Of a stretch of DNA of 64,000 nt, positions 1 through 8,027 are shown piece after piece (the first letter of the stretch is position 1; each line of letters begins with the position of its first letter). The stretch comes from Eubacteriales bacterium (GTDB lineage Bacteria > Bacillota > Clostridia > Oscillospirales > CAG-272). The stretch spans positions 4,941-68,940 of the forward strand of contig JAZNZC010000153.1 in the NCBI GenBank assembly GCA_045594745.1. Direction: 5' to 3'. Both the position numbers and the translations under genes were made by a program. Below the pieces are notes generated by a model. It saw nothing but the letters and a program-made list of their open reading frames with translations, was not told where the DNA came from and made no database searches.

Positions 1-1
1 C

Positions 2-490
2 ATCACATCCCTTATGGGCGCTAAGTATTTCGTAGCAGACCTGATGAACAGTGCTGCCGCAGGACTCAACCTCTTCCTGCCTGCCATCATCTTCCTTGTT
101 GCTTGCGTGCTCGCGTTTGCAACCGGTACCTCTTGGGGAACCTTCGGTATCCTGATCCCGATCGTTACCTATATGTTCAACGCAGGCGATCCCATTCTTA
201 TCATCAGTATGTCCGCATGTCTTGCAGGCGCTGTTTGCGGTGACCACTGCTCGCCCATCTCGGATACGACCATTATGTCCTCAGCAGGTGCCGAGTGTAA
301 CCACCTCAACCACGTTTCTACGCAAATGCCTTATGCTATTACCGTGGCAGGTATATCCTTTGTGATGTTTATCCTTGCCGGATTCATTCAAAATGCGTGG
401 ATCTGTCTGCCCATCGGTGTTGTTCTCACGATCGCAACTCTCTTTGTTATCAAAAAGATTGTTGAAAAGAAAGAAGCAACAGCAAAATAA
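2..490 (+). CDS. NhaC-family Na+/H+ antiporter, C-terminal part (5' end lies outside the window)
   Basis: The frame is open from the window edge. Polytopic membrane sequence with ...CGDHCSPISDTTIMSS..., typical of NhaC-type antiporters. A hairpin terminator follows. Confidence 0.7.
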   Translation: MTSLMGAKYFVADLMNSAAAGLNLFLPAIIFLVACVLAFATGTSWGTFGILIPIVTYMFNAGDPILIISMSACLAGAVCGDHCSPISDTTIMSSAGAECNHLNHVSTQMPYAITVAGISFVMFILAGFIQNAWICLPIGVVLTIATLFVIKKIVEKKEATAK

Positions 491-502
491 ACCAAACAAA
501 AA

Positions 503-536
503 GCCCTGCGTGCTTATCACGCAGGGCATATTTTTT
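503..536. terminator. Rho-independent terminator between convergent genes
   Basis: GCCCTGCGTG-cttat-CACGCAGGGC stem-loop followed by a T-run (531-536). An A-rich left flank allows use from both strands. Confidence 0.7.
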
Positions 537-1251
537 AGACCATTTCTTCAATGTGATAGATGTAATCAAGTGAGCGGAGAGCCTCAATAATTTGGCTGTG
601 CGTTTTGTATTTTTTAAGCTCCTGACTGCTGATCGAGATCGAAATTGAATACACGCTGAGTCCCGAATGTTGATATGCGGTGTTCATTTCAATATCGTCG
701 ATCTTCATCCCAAGCTCGCGAATGGTGGTAACAAAGTTTTGAAGATATGCAATATTTTTAAGCTCCAAATGCACCTCAAAGTGGTTGGAGCGGTTTTTGA
801 AATAACGCTCCATACGTGGAAAGACCGAAAGGGTGCAAATGAAAGCAAAGTAAGAAACAAGGGTGACGGTATAGAATCCTGCTCCGATGCAAAGACCAAG
901 AACGGCACTCGCCCAAAGAGCAACAGATGTTGTCAAGCCCTTGATCTGGCTACGGGAGCTATACAAAATGGAATTGACGGTAATGATGGCAACAGAGACA
1001 ATGCTTGCCGCCGAAATGAGGTAAAGACCGCTTTCGGAACCGTTCAAAAGATACAGATCAAGCAGCATTGCAATGGTAGTTGCAAGCGAGACCACCATAA
1101 AGGTACGGAGTCCTGCCGCGTGACGCTTTGTTGAACGCTCAAAGCCGAGATAGGCAGAGAGTAAAAGCGAGAGGGCAATACGCAAAATGATGGAAAAGGC
1201 GTTGAGCTCGGTAGCCCAGGTACCAAGTAAATTTGCAATCGGATCGATCAT
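535..1251 (-). CDS. MgtC/SapB-family membrane protein
   Basis: 238-aa ORF. The N-terminal hydrophobic core (...LSAYLGFERSTKRHAAGLRTFMVVSLATT...) looks MgtC-like, followed by a soluble C-terminal domain. Confidence 0.75.
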   Translation of the reverse strand: MIDPIANLLGTWATELNAFSIILRIALSLLLSAYLGFERSTKRHAAGLRTFMVVSLATTIAMLLDLYLLNGSESGLYLISAASIVSVAIITVNSILYSSRSQIKGLTTSVALWASAVLGLCIGAGFYTVTLVSYFAFICTLSVFPRMERYFKNRSNHFEVHLELKNIAYLQNFVTTIRELGMKIDDIEMNTAYQHSGLSVYSISISISSQELKKYKTHSQIIEALRSLDYIYHIEEMV

Positions 1252-1263
1252 AACAATTCTCCT

Positions 1264-2718
1264 TTATTTTTTGTTGCTGTGAAGATGCCGCATCGAGGGA
1301 CGTGTAGCAGCATAATGTTCTTCGGCTGCCTCGTCAAAGGCTTCTTCATTTTCTTCGTTAAAAGCGGTAGCCGGGGGGATCTGCTCTTGAATCTTTTGGA
1401 TCCGTTCAATGAGCAATTCGACCTCTGTTTTGGGCTTGCCCGCAATGTCGACCTCTTCAACGGGGACGAGATCCTCAAGCTTGTTGGAGTACGCGCCCGA
1501 ATAATAAAGTGAAAGCTTTGCACACGCGGGGCCAACGATCTCATACAGAATGGCAGAAGCCAAAATAACGGTCTCGAGTGCGATTCCGATCTCACCGCCA
1601 AGGGCACGCGCACCCATAGCTGCTAAAGGAATGGCAACGCCTGCTTGCGGAATGAGCGCCAAGCCCAAGAGATTTCGCACGCGTTTTTCCTTTCCGGCAA
1701 GCATCGAGCCGAGAAACGCACCGGTGTATTTTCCAAGAATACGCACGCCAAAGTAGAGCAAACCGACTGCAATAAGTGGCATCGCACCGATCGAGCCGAC
1801 AGAGGAGAAGAGCGTATCCAAACGGAAATTAACGCTGGAACGTACAAAGAACAAAAGCAGAATGGGGGGGCTGAAATAGTTGAGCTGCTTGAATAGCTTA
1901 TCATCGCCCGAGATGTTGATGTAAACAGTACCCATCGACATGCAACCCAAGAGCGGAGAGATGTCAAACAACGCGCAAATGCCGCAGAAAGCAAACAAAA
2001 GTGCGATAGAAATGATCAAACGGTTGTCTGTCGAGCGTTTTTTCGGCATCAACAGCTTCATAAATAAGCCAAAGACGCCGCCAAGGACGAGAACGCCCAA
2101 ATTGGAGAGCAGAGGCATCAGCACGCTGTTTGCCGAAATGCTTTCACCAGAGCCGAGCGCGACCGCTACCGAGATGGCAATGCCGTACGCAAGAAGGGCG
2201 ACAATGTTATCAAGTGCTACCACTTGCAAGAGCGTGTTGACAAAGTCTCCTTTGGCACCTGTTTGACGAATGGTCATCATTGTTGAAGCAGGAGCAGTTG
2301 CAGCGGCAAGAGCCGACAATACAATGGAAAATCCAAGTTGCAAGCGCAGAATAAAATAGGAAAGAACAAAGATCACTATCGAAGCTATGCCTGCCTCAAA
2401 GAGGGTGATGAGAGCTACGCGCGGGCCATTCTTTTTTAGAATTGAGACTTTGAAAAATTCACCTGTTGTAAAGGAGATCAGAGCGAGCGCAATATCCGAA
2501 AGGAAATCCATTCCTTGCACTACGTCCGAGGGAATGAGGTCAAGGCAATAGGGACCAATGAGAATACCTGCTAAAATGTAGGCTGTTACGTTTGGTAGTC
2601 GCAAGAGCTTTGTCAGGCGCGTCATAGCGAACCCGAAAAAGAGCATACAGGCAATCGAAATGATCACCGTTGCAACCGGGGGCATCTCTGCTAACAATTC
2701 GTGCAATCTGTCCAGCAT
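1264..2718 (-). CDS. Cation:proton antiporter (Kef/CPA2-like Na+/H+ exchanger family)
   Basis: 484-aa polytopic membrane ORF with a charged C-terminal tail; resembles the Na_H_exchanger family. Confidence 0.7.
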   Translation of the reverse strand: MLDRLHELLAEMPPVATVIISIACMLFFGFAMTRLTKLLRLPNVTAYILAGILIGPYCLDLIPSDVVQGMDFLSDIALALISFTTGEFFKVSILKKNGPRVALITLFEAGIASIVIFVLSYFILRLQLGFSIVLSALAAATAPASTMMTIRQTGAKGDFVNTLLQVVALDNIVALLAYGIAISVAVALGSGESISANSVLMPLLSNLGVLVLGGVFGLFMKLLMPKKRSTDNRLIISIALLFAFCGICALFDISPLLGCMSMGTVYINISGDDKLFKQLNYFSPPILLLFFVRSSVNFRLDTLFSSVGSIGAMPLIAVGLLYFGVRILGKYTGAFLGSMLAGKEKRVRNLLGLALIPQAGVAIPLAAMGARALGGEIGIALETVILASAILYEIVGPACAKLSLYYSGAYSNKLEDLVPVEEVDIAGKPKTEVELLIERIQKIQEQIPPATAFNEENEEAFDEAAEEHYAATRPSMRHLHSNKK

Positions 2719-2788
2719 ATTCTGTCTCCTTTCTCTAAAATAGGGCTTATATTATATCATAATATGAAGAAAATGTCAAGATTTCCAC

Positions 2789-2817
2789 AAAAAAAGGCTG
2801 TCATGGCAGCCTTTTTA
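2789..2817 (-). terminator. Rho-independent terminator downstream of rpe
   Basis: AGGCTG-tcatgg-CAGCCT hairpin flanked by an A-run and a T-run. On the minus strand a T7 tract follows it. Confidence 0.65.
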
Positions 2818-2830
2818 TTGGTTTTCATCA

Positions 2831-3505
2831 TTATTTTTCTTGCCAAGGGTATTTCTCAGCGATCTTTTTCATACCTGTAATGACCTCGCGCGGCTTTTTT
2901 GCACCAAAGATGGAAGAGCCTGCAACAATGATATTCGCACCCGCCTCGGTAACAAGATGTACGTTCTCGGTCTTAATACCGCCGTCTACCTCAATGTCTA
3001 GCTTGAGTCCCATATTTTGCGCATAGCGTCGAACGGTGCGCACCTTTTCCAATGTCTCGGGAATGAGCGCCTGACCGCCAAAGCCGGGAACGACCGTCAT
3101 AATGAGCGCCATATCGATTTTGGGAAGATAAGGCAACAGACGCTCCACGGGAGTTGCAGGTGAGATCGCCAAACCGCAACGCATCTCGCGACGTTTGATG
3201 TCTGCAATGGTAGCGTCGATGTCTTGACAGGCTTCCAAATGAACAGTAATAATATCAGCACCGGCCCTTACAAAGTCGTCTATGTAACGAATGGGTTCGT
3301 TGATCATCAAGTGCACGTCAAAGATGAGATTGCTGTGAGGACGCAGAGCGGCAATAATGGGAGCACCAAAGCTGATGTTGGGTACAAAAGCACCGTCCAT
3401 TACGTCTAAATGAAGATAATTGGCACCGGCATCGGCCATCTGCTTGACTTCCGATTGCAAATTGGCGAAATCAGCCGCCAACAAAGAGGGCGCAATATAA
3501 ATCAT
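2831..3505 (-). CDS. rpe: Ribulose-phosphate 3-epimerase
   Basis: MIYIAPSLLAADFANL...HLDVMDGAFVPNISFG...DGGI matches the Rpe family. I start at the internal ATG at 3505 rather than the 251-aa ORF start, because the N-terminal extension has no family counterpart. Confidence 0.9.
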   Translation of the reverse strand: MIYIAPSLLAADFANLQSEVKQMADAGANYLHLDVMDGAFVPNISFGAPIIAALRPHSNLIFDVHLMINEPIRYIDDFVRAGADIITVHLEACQDIDATIADIKRREMRCGLAISPATPVERLLPYLPKIDMALIMTVVPGFGGQALIPETLEKVRTVRRYAQNMGLKLDIEVDGGIKTENVHLVTEAGANIIVAGSSIFGAKKPREVITGMKKIAEKYPWQEK

Positions 3506-3667
3506 AAACAATCCTTTCTTGCAAAGAATGCAGAATGCGTGTAGAATTTTGTCAAAACAGGGAAAGACAGCATAAAATACTACCAAGGATTCGTATCACG
3601 CGCGCGGATGGGAATGAGAAAATGCGGGATGTCTGAAGATTATCTTCCGCTGTTGCGGATACTTTCT

Positions 3668-4150
3668 TTACGCGCGAAAAAGGAGGCTGACGGCGTGTGC
3701 CGCAATGCCAAGTCCCTCTCCGGTAAAGCCGAGGTGTTCCTCGGTGGTGGCTTTGACGCTCACGGCATCAAGGGGAAGCTCCAGTGCAGCGGCAATGTTC
3801 TCTCGCATTTCTTGAATGTAGGGAGAAAGACGCGGTGCCTGTGCCACAACGGTCGCATCGATGTTGCCGATCTGCCATCCTTTTTCGCGTATCAGCTCTG
3901 CCGTACGGGAAAGCAGGATGCGGCTATCGATATTTTCGTACTGTGCATCGCTGTCGGGAAAGTGTTTTCCTATATCACCAAGAGCCAGGGCGCCAAGAAG
4001 GGAATCACAGATGGCATGCAGAAGCGCATCGGCATCCGAGTGCCCCAAGAGTCCTTTTTCAAAGGGGATCGTAACACCGCCCAAGATCAAGGCTCTTTCG
4101 GGGACAAGCCTGTGCACATCATAGCCGTGACCTATGCGAAAATTGTACAT
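3668..4150 (-). CDS. ispF: 2-C-methyl-D-erythritol 2,4-cyclodiphosphate synthase
   Basis: 160 aa with [12 protein letters not shown]...[12 protein letters not shown]...DIG, the IspF signature. Its start overlaps the ispD stop by 1 nt. Confidence 0.93.
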   Translation of the reverse strand: MYNFRIGHGYDVHRLVPERALILGGVTIPFEKGLLGHSDADALLHAICDSLLGALALGDIGKHFPDSDAQYENIDSRILLSRTAELIREKGWQIGNIDATVVAQAPRLSPYIQEMRENIAAALELPLDAVSVKATTEEHLGFTGEGLGIAAHAVSLLFRA

Positions 4151-4899
4151 TATACTTGTTTTTTGGTGTTGCGATAATTGAGAACAGCCTCAGCAAAAGG
4201 AATATCCTCAACGGTCGTGATCTTGATGTTACCAATGCCGCACTCGATCAGATGTACGCGATAGCCAAGACCTTCGATCAGGGTAGCATCATCGGTTGCC
4301 TTGAGGTTGTTTTCCTCGGCACGGATCATAGCGGCCTTGTAAAGAGAGGTGTTGAACACCTGAGGCGTTTGCATCTCCCAAAGATCCTTGCGATCAATGG
4401 TTTCGGTCGTGTTGTGCAGAACAGTTGCGCGTTTAACGGTATCGGTTACCTTGTGAGCGGCACAAGCGGCCATCTGACGGTAAGCACTCAGACAAACCTT
4501 GGTGATCTGTGTGGGTGTAGTCAAACAACGTGCACCGTCGGCAATGGCAACGTATTTTACGTCATTACCAAGTCTTTCAATGCCGTTCTTGGCAGATTCC
4601 TGACGTGTCTCACCGCCGTTTACCAAATGTGTCATTTTGGTAATGCCGTATTTGTGCTTCAACTCACGAATTTTGCCAAAATCCTCGGGCTTAGCAACCA
4701 CAACGATCTCGCGGATGAGAGGGGACTTTTCGTATGCGATCAGAGTGTGTGCCAATACAGGAACACCGTTGATACGATAGAAAAGCTTATCGATGCTTCC
4801 CATACGCTTGGAACTACCTGCCGCCAGAATGACAGCCGAAGTGGCAGAATCGGGAAGATACTTGTGTACTGTTTCTACAATTTGTTGCAACTTGCTCAT
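4150..4899 (-). CDS. ispD: 2-C-methyl-D-erythritol 4-phosphate cytidylyltransferase
   Basis: [13 protein letters not shown]... nucleotidyltransferase motif, coupled to ispF. Start placed at MSKLQQ (the second Met of the ORF). Confidence 0.88.
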   Translation of the reverse strand: MSKLQQIVETVHKYLPDSATSAVILAAGSSKRMGSIDKLFYRINGVPVLAHTLIAYEKSPLIREIVVVAKPEDFGKIRELKHKYGITKMTHLVNGGETRQESAKNGIERLGNDVKYVAIADGARCLTTPTQITKVCLSAYRQMAACAAHKVTDTVKRATVLHNTTETIDRKDLWEMQTPQVFNTSLYKAAMIRAEENNLKATDDATLIEGLGYRVHLIECGIGNIKITTVEDIPFAEAVLNYRNTKKQV

Positions 4900-4942
4900 A
4901 GAGAAGTTCCGTCCTTTCAAACCAAATATATATTGAAAAGAA

Positions 4943-5404
4943 TCAAGCGTTTGATTCAGAGGCTTCGATTTGTGTGATCATATCCACACGGCGTCCGTGC
5001 TTGCCGCCCTCAAATTCGGCGTCGACAAATGCATCAACCAGCTCGAGTGCCATTCCCATACCGACTACGCGCTCGCCAAAGCAGAGAACGTTTGCATCGT
5101 TGTGCATACGCGTCAGGCGTGCACTAAAGGTATCGGAGCAAGCGGCGGCGCGGATGCCGCGGTGCTTGTTTGCGGCCATCGACATACCGATGCCCGTTCC
5201 GCAAATGAGGATACCGAGATCGGTGATACCGTCTTGAATATTTTTGCACAACTCATGTGCAATTTGGGGATAGTCACAGCTATCCGTTGAGTGTGTTCCC
5301 ACGTCAAGAACCTCATATCCGCGCTCCTCAAGGTGAGCGATCACGATCTTTTTGAGTCCAAAACCTGCGTGGTCACAGCCAACGGTGATCTTTTTATTAT
5401 TCAT
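4943..5404 (-). CDS. rpiB: Ribose-5-phosphate isomerase B
   Basis: MNNKKITVGCDHAGFGLK...GILICGTGIGMSMAANK is RpiB/LacAB family. The upstream 54 codons of the ORF look like a spurious extension. Confidence 0.9.
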   Translation of the reverse strand: MNNKKITVGCDHAGFGLKKIVIAHLEERGYEVLDVGTHSTDSCDYPQIAHELCKNIQDGITDLGILICGTGIGMSMAANKHRGIRAAACSDTFSARLTRMHNDANVLCFGERVVGMGMALELVDAFVDAEFEGGKHGRRVDMITQIEASESNA

Positions 5405-5420
5405 TTTGGTTGCCTCTTTT

Positions 5421-6125
5421 CTATATTCCTGTATCCACACCCATCCGCTCGGCGCGTTCGCGCTCGGCTTGGGAAAGGCGCAGATAAATGGGGGACAGCG
5501 TAATATCGGTGCAAAGCTCACCCGATGCATACATTCTTCTTGCCACCTGTGCCACGGAGTAGGCACTTTGATGGCGGTAACGCTCCGATGTCGGGATGAC
5601 AGCGTGTGTCAAAAGCGGCAGAGTAACATCATATCCGTCGCCGCACAAGCGAACGGGCTCTTCAAAAACAGAAAGTCTTTGGTCAAGCTCCGTGATCGCA
5701 ATCGCAGAGTCTGGCATCAATCTCTCAAGCACGCCATCTTTTGCGCGGAAGAGAGCGGTATAGACCTGCTGACGTCTTGCATTCATCACGGGGCAGATAA
5801 GACCGTCGTGATCGCAAAGATTGTAGGCCAGTGCTTCCAAAGTGGAAACACCCGCACAGGGCGTATCCTTGCCGAATGCCAAGCCCTTGACGGTTGCCGC
5901 ACCGATGCGAACGCCCGTAAAGGAGCCGGGACCTGCCGCCGCTGCAAACAGATCAATATCTGCGGGGGAAAGATCAAATTTATCGAGTAAAAATTCAACC
6001 ATTGGAAGAAGCGTTTGGCTGTGTGTGTTTCCGTTGTTCAGAGTAAGCTCACCCAAAAGATGCTCGTCCTCGCAAAGAGCGACTGACGCGACCTTCGCGG
6101 TGCTGTCAAGTGCTAAGATCTTCAA
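5421..6125 (-). CDS. tsaB: tRNA t6A37 biosynthesis protein TsaB
   Basis: MKILALDSTAKVASVAL...GPGSFTGVRIG is the YeaZ/TsaB family. It lies directly downstream of tsaE. Confidence 0.88.
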   Translation of the reverse strand: MKILALDSTAKVASVALCEDEHLLGELTLNNGNTHSQTLLPMVEFLLDKFDLSPADIDLFAAAAGPGSFTGVRIGAATVKGLAFGKDTPCAGVSTLEALAYNLCDHDGLICPVMNARRQQVYTALFRAKDGVLERLMPDSAIAITELDQRLSVFEEPVRLCGDGYDVTLPLLTHAVIPTSERYRHQSAYSVAQVARRMYASGELCTDITLSPIYLRLSQAERERAERMGVDTGI

Positions 6126-6593
6126 TTATGCACCCTCCTTAGAGAACGAAATGGTGATGCGGCGGTGATCTGTGTTTGTGGGATCATCCTTTTCAATGCT
6201 TACGCGAACGCAGTCATCGGGAATAAACTCCAAAATATTCTCGCTCCATTCAACAAGGCAAAAGCCGTCGCGCATCAGATAGTCGTCAAAGCCGATGGAG
6301 AGCAGATCATCCTCGCTCTCAATGCGGTACATATCAAAATGGAAAAGTGAGAATGGGCGTGCTCGGTACTCGTTTACCAAGGAAAAGGTAGGGGAGCGCA
6401 CGAGAGCGCCGGGAGCAACGACCGAAGCGAACCCACGTACAAATGCCGTTTTACCAACGCCAAGGTCGCCAAAAAGCGCAACAAAGCGGGGAAGAGTCGC
6501 ATCCTGCAAAAGAGAGGTTGCAAGCTCTGCACCGCATTGCTCGGTCTGTGCCGCGCAGGTGGTATAAACTGTGCTTTTGTTTTTCATATTCAT
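6126..6593 (-). CDS. tsaE: tRNA t6A37 biosynthesis ATPase TsaE
   Basis: GDLGVGKT Walker A and SPTFSLVNEY motif, typical of YjeE/TsaE. Confidence 0.88.
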   Translation of the reverse strand: MNMKNKSTVYTTCAAQTEQCGAELATSLLQDATLPRFVALFGDLGVGKTAFVRGFASVVAPGALVRSPTFSLVNEYRARPFSLFHFDMYRIESEDDLLSIGFDDYLMRDGFCLVEWSENILEFIPDDCVRVSIEKDDPTNTDHRRITISFSKEGA

Positions 6594-6633
6594 TCCTCGG
6601 TCAATACGCGTGTAGACATAACTCTTCGATTAT

Positions 6634-6661
6634 ATTATAACACGCTGTGTTTCTTTTGTAA
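6634..6661 (-). promoter_or_regulatory. Putative sigma-70-type promoter for tsaE-tsaB-rpiB
   Basis: Minus strand reads TTACAA-16 nt-(TGT)TATAAT, about 40 nt upstream of the tsaE start. Confidence 0.4.
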
Positions 6662-6693
6662 AGAGGTTTATTTCAAATTCTTACCTATAATAA

Positions 6694-6921
6694 TTATTTT
6701 TTCTCGTTTTTCTTGGCGTCACGCATGTCGGGAAGGCTTTGACGTGAGCCATCGGGATACTGAATGACGGTATTCTCCAAAATTCCCGTAAAGCTTGCGC
6801 GAAATTCGGCGATATATTCGGCACGCAGAGCCTTTTGCTCGGCGGCTTCTTCTTCACTCAGTCCTACTTCCTTGGACTTTTTTGCAAGCTCGTTGATGCG
6901 AGCGATCTTTTCTTTTTCCAT
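6694..6921 (-). CDS. DUF896/UPF0291-family small protein
   Basis: 75 aa. MEKEKIARINELAKKSKEVGLSEEEAAEQKALRAEYI matches the pattern of this small helical family. Confidence 0.75.
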   Translation of the reverse strand: MEKEKIARINELAKKSKEVGLSEEEAAEQKALRAEYIAEFRASFTGILENTVIQYPDGSRQSLPDMRDAKKNEKK

Positions 6922-6937
6922 AACAACAGTCTCCTTA

Positions 6938-7645
6938 TCAGATCATAAAAATCGTTCCAATGTCACACAAATCAGTATTGCAAAGAGATACTGTACCAAT
7001 GTCATAAACTTGGCAAAAACTTTTTATTCTATTGTAATCGGGATGCCGAGAGACATCTCCGCAGAAAAACACGCTTTTCATATTGTCGCGCGGAGCAAAG
7101 CTTGCACATCCGCCAATGAAGCCGTAATCATAACCCGAAAGCGTGATGTGTCCTTCTTGTATTTTCAAAACATCAATGCCATATTCTTTTGCACACGCGG
7201 CAATCGAAGCATCCGCTGTAATCAGTGCTTTTTCTCCGATGGGCAGAACCGAGCATTTGGTATATCCTTGGTTGACGTGGCAGAGTGTGAGATTCAACTT
7301 AAGCAATTCTCTTGCGACTGTTTTTGTGTTGCAAAAGAGATGCTTACCCAACGGCAGAGCATTGAGCAGAACATCACGGGGATATTCGCCTCCGTATTCT
7401 TTATCAATCAAACGAATGGGGGCACTGTAAGCCGCGGATATTTCTTCTAATTCTCGCGTGGCAATCTCATAATAACTTTTGGTACAAAGGATTGCATCAG
7501 GTGCAAAGAAGAGAAACATATCGGGGTGTGATGCTACGGGTTTTGGCAGATTTGGATGCGGCGGCAGGCGAAGCGTGCGATGACCGAATTTTTTAAGTGC
7601 CTCTTCGGCTTCACGAGGGAAAGAATGATTTGTTACAGCAAGCAT
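6938..7645 (-). CDS. Conserved hypothetical protein (function unknown)
   Basis: 235-aa ORF with host-like composition, tightly spaced with the DUF896 gene. I recognise no confident motif. Confidence 0.6.
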   Translation of the reverse strand: MLAVTNHSFPREAEEALKKFGHRTLRLPPHPNLPKPVASHPDMFLFFAPDAILCTKSYYEIATRELEEISAAYSAPIRLIDKEYGGEYPRDVLLNALPLGKHLFCNTKTVARELLKLNLTLCHVNQGYTKCSVLPIGEKALITADASIAACAKEYGIDVLKIQEGHITLSGYDYGFIGGCASFAPRDNMKSVFFCGDVSRHPDYNRIKSFCQVYDIGTVSLCNTDLCDIGTIFMI

Positions 7646-7654
7646 ATCAATCTC

Positions 7655-7687
7655 CTAAAATAAAGGGCAGACACGCCGTGTCTGCCT
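7655..7687 (-). terminator. Rho-independent terminator downstream of rpmB
   Basis: GGCAGACAC-gcc-GTGTCTGCC hairpin, followed by TTTATTTT on the minus strand. Confidence 0.75.
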
Positions 7688-7708
7688 TACTTTATTTGCA
7701 CATTCAGA

Positions 7709-7879
7709 TTAAGCCTTCTTCATGGTGCGCAGGCAACGAGAACAAACGTAGATTGCTTTGCTGCCTTCCAACTTTACTTTGCGAATGTTGGGCTTCCAAG
7801 TTCTGTTGGTTTTGCGATGAGAGTGAGAAACGTTTTGACCGAACACAACGCCCTTACTGCAGATACAACATTTTGCCAT
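7709..7879 (-). CDS. rpmB: 50S ribosomal protein L28
   Basis: Absent from the ORF track because it is under 60 aa. Manual translation gives MAKCCICSKGVVFGQNVSHSHRKTNRTWKPNIRKVKLEGSKAIYVCSRCLRTMKKA (56 aa). The SD TAAGGAGG lies 7 nt upstream. Confidence 0.92.
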   Translation of the reverse strand: MAKCCICSKGVVFGQNVSHSHRKTNRTWKPNIRKVKLEGSKAIYVCSRCLRTMKKA

Positions 7880-7954
7880 TTTAGCGACCTCCTTAAGACT
7901 TGCTCATGCCGAAAAAGGAACGGCATAGCTGATTCCATACTTCAAACGACAATT

Positions 7955-7983
7955 ATTATACCATACATTTTTCAAAAAAGCAA
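7955..7983 (-). promoter_or_regulatory. Putative promoter of rpmB
   Basis: Minus strand reads TTGCTT-17 nt-(TGG)TATAAT. Confidence 0.5.
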
Positions 7984-8027
7984 GAGTTTTTTTCGATTTT
8001 TTTATAATTTTTTTATCTTTTTTGCCA

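Noticed and set aside
3506-3586. N-terminal extensions offered by the ORF track (rpe to 3586, rpiB to 5566, PurL-like to 10262, mtaB to 11499, gajB to 22536, gajA to 24292, ATPase to 31113, upp from 11645, htrA from 35906, proC from 39219, pnuC from 40139, nusB from 44037)
   Set aside because: In each case an internal Met (or GTG) sits at the correct distance from a good SD and coincides with the start of family-conserved sequence. The extensions overlap upstream genes, promoters or terminators.
4156-4977. 273-aa plus-strand ORF opposite ispD. The same class includes 12407-13189(-), 45982-47070(-), 52686-53672(-), 54340-55224(-), 61623-62411(-), 62453-63220(-) and 63175-63867(-).
   Set aside because: All of them overlap well-supported housekeeping genes on the other strand and have no independent evidence. 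I treat them as frame shadows.
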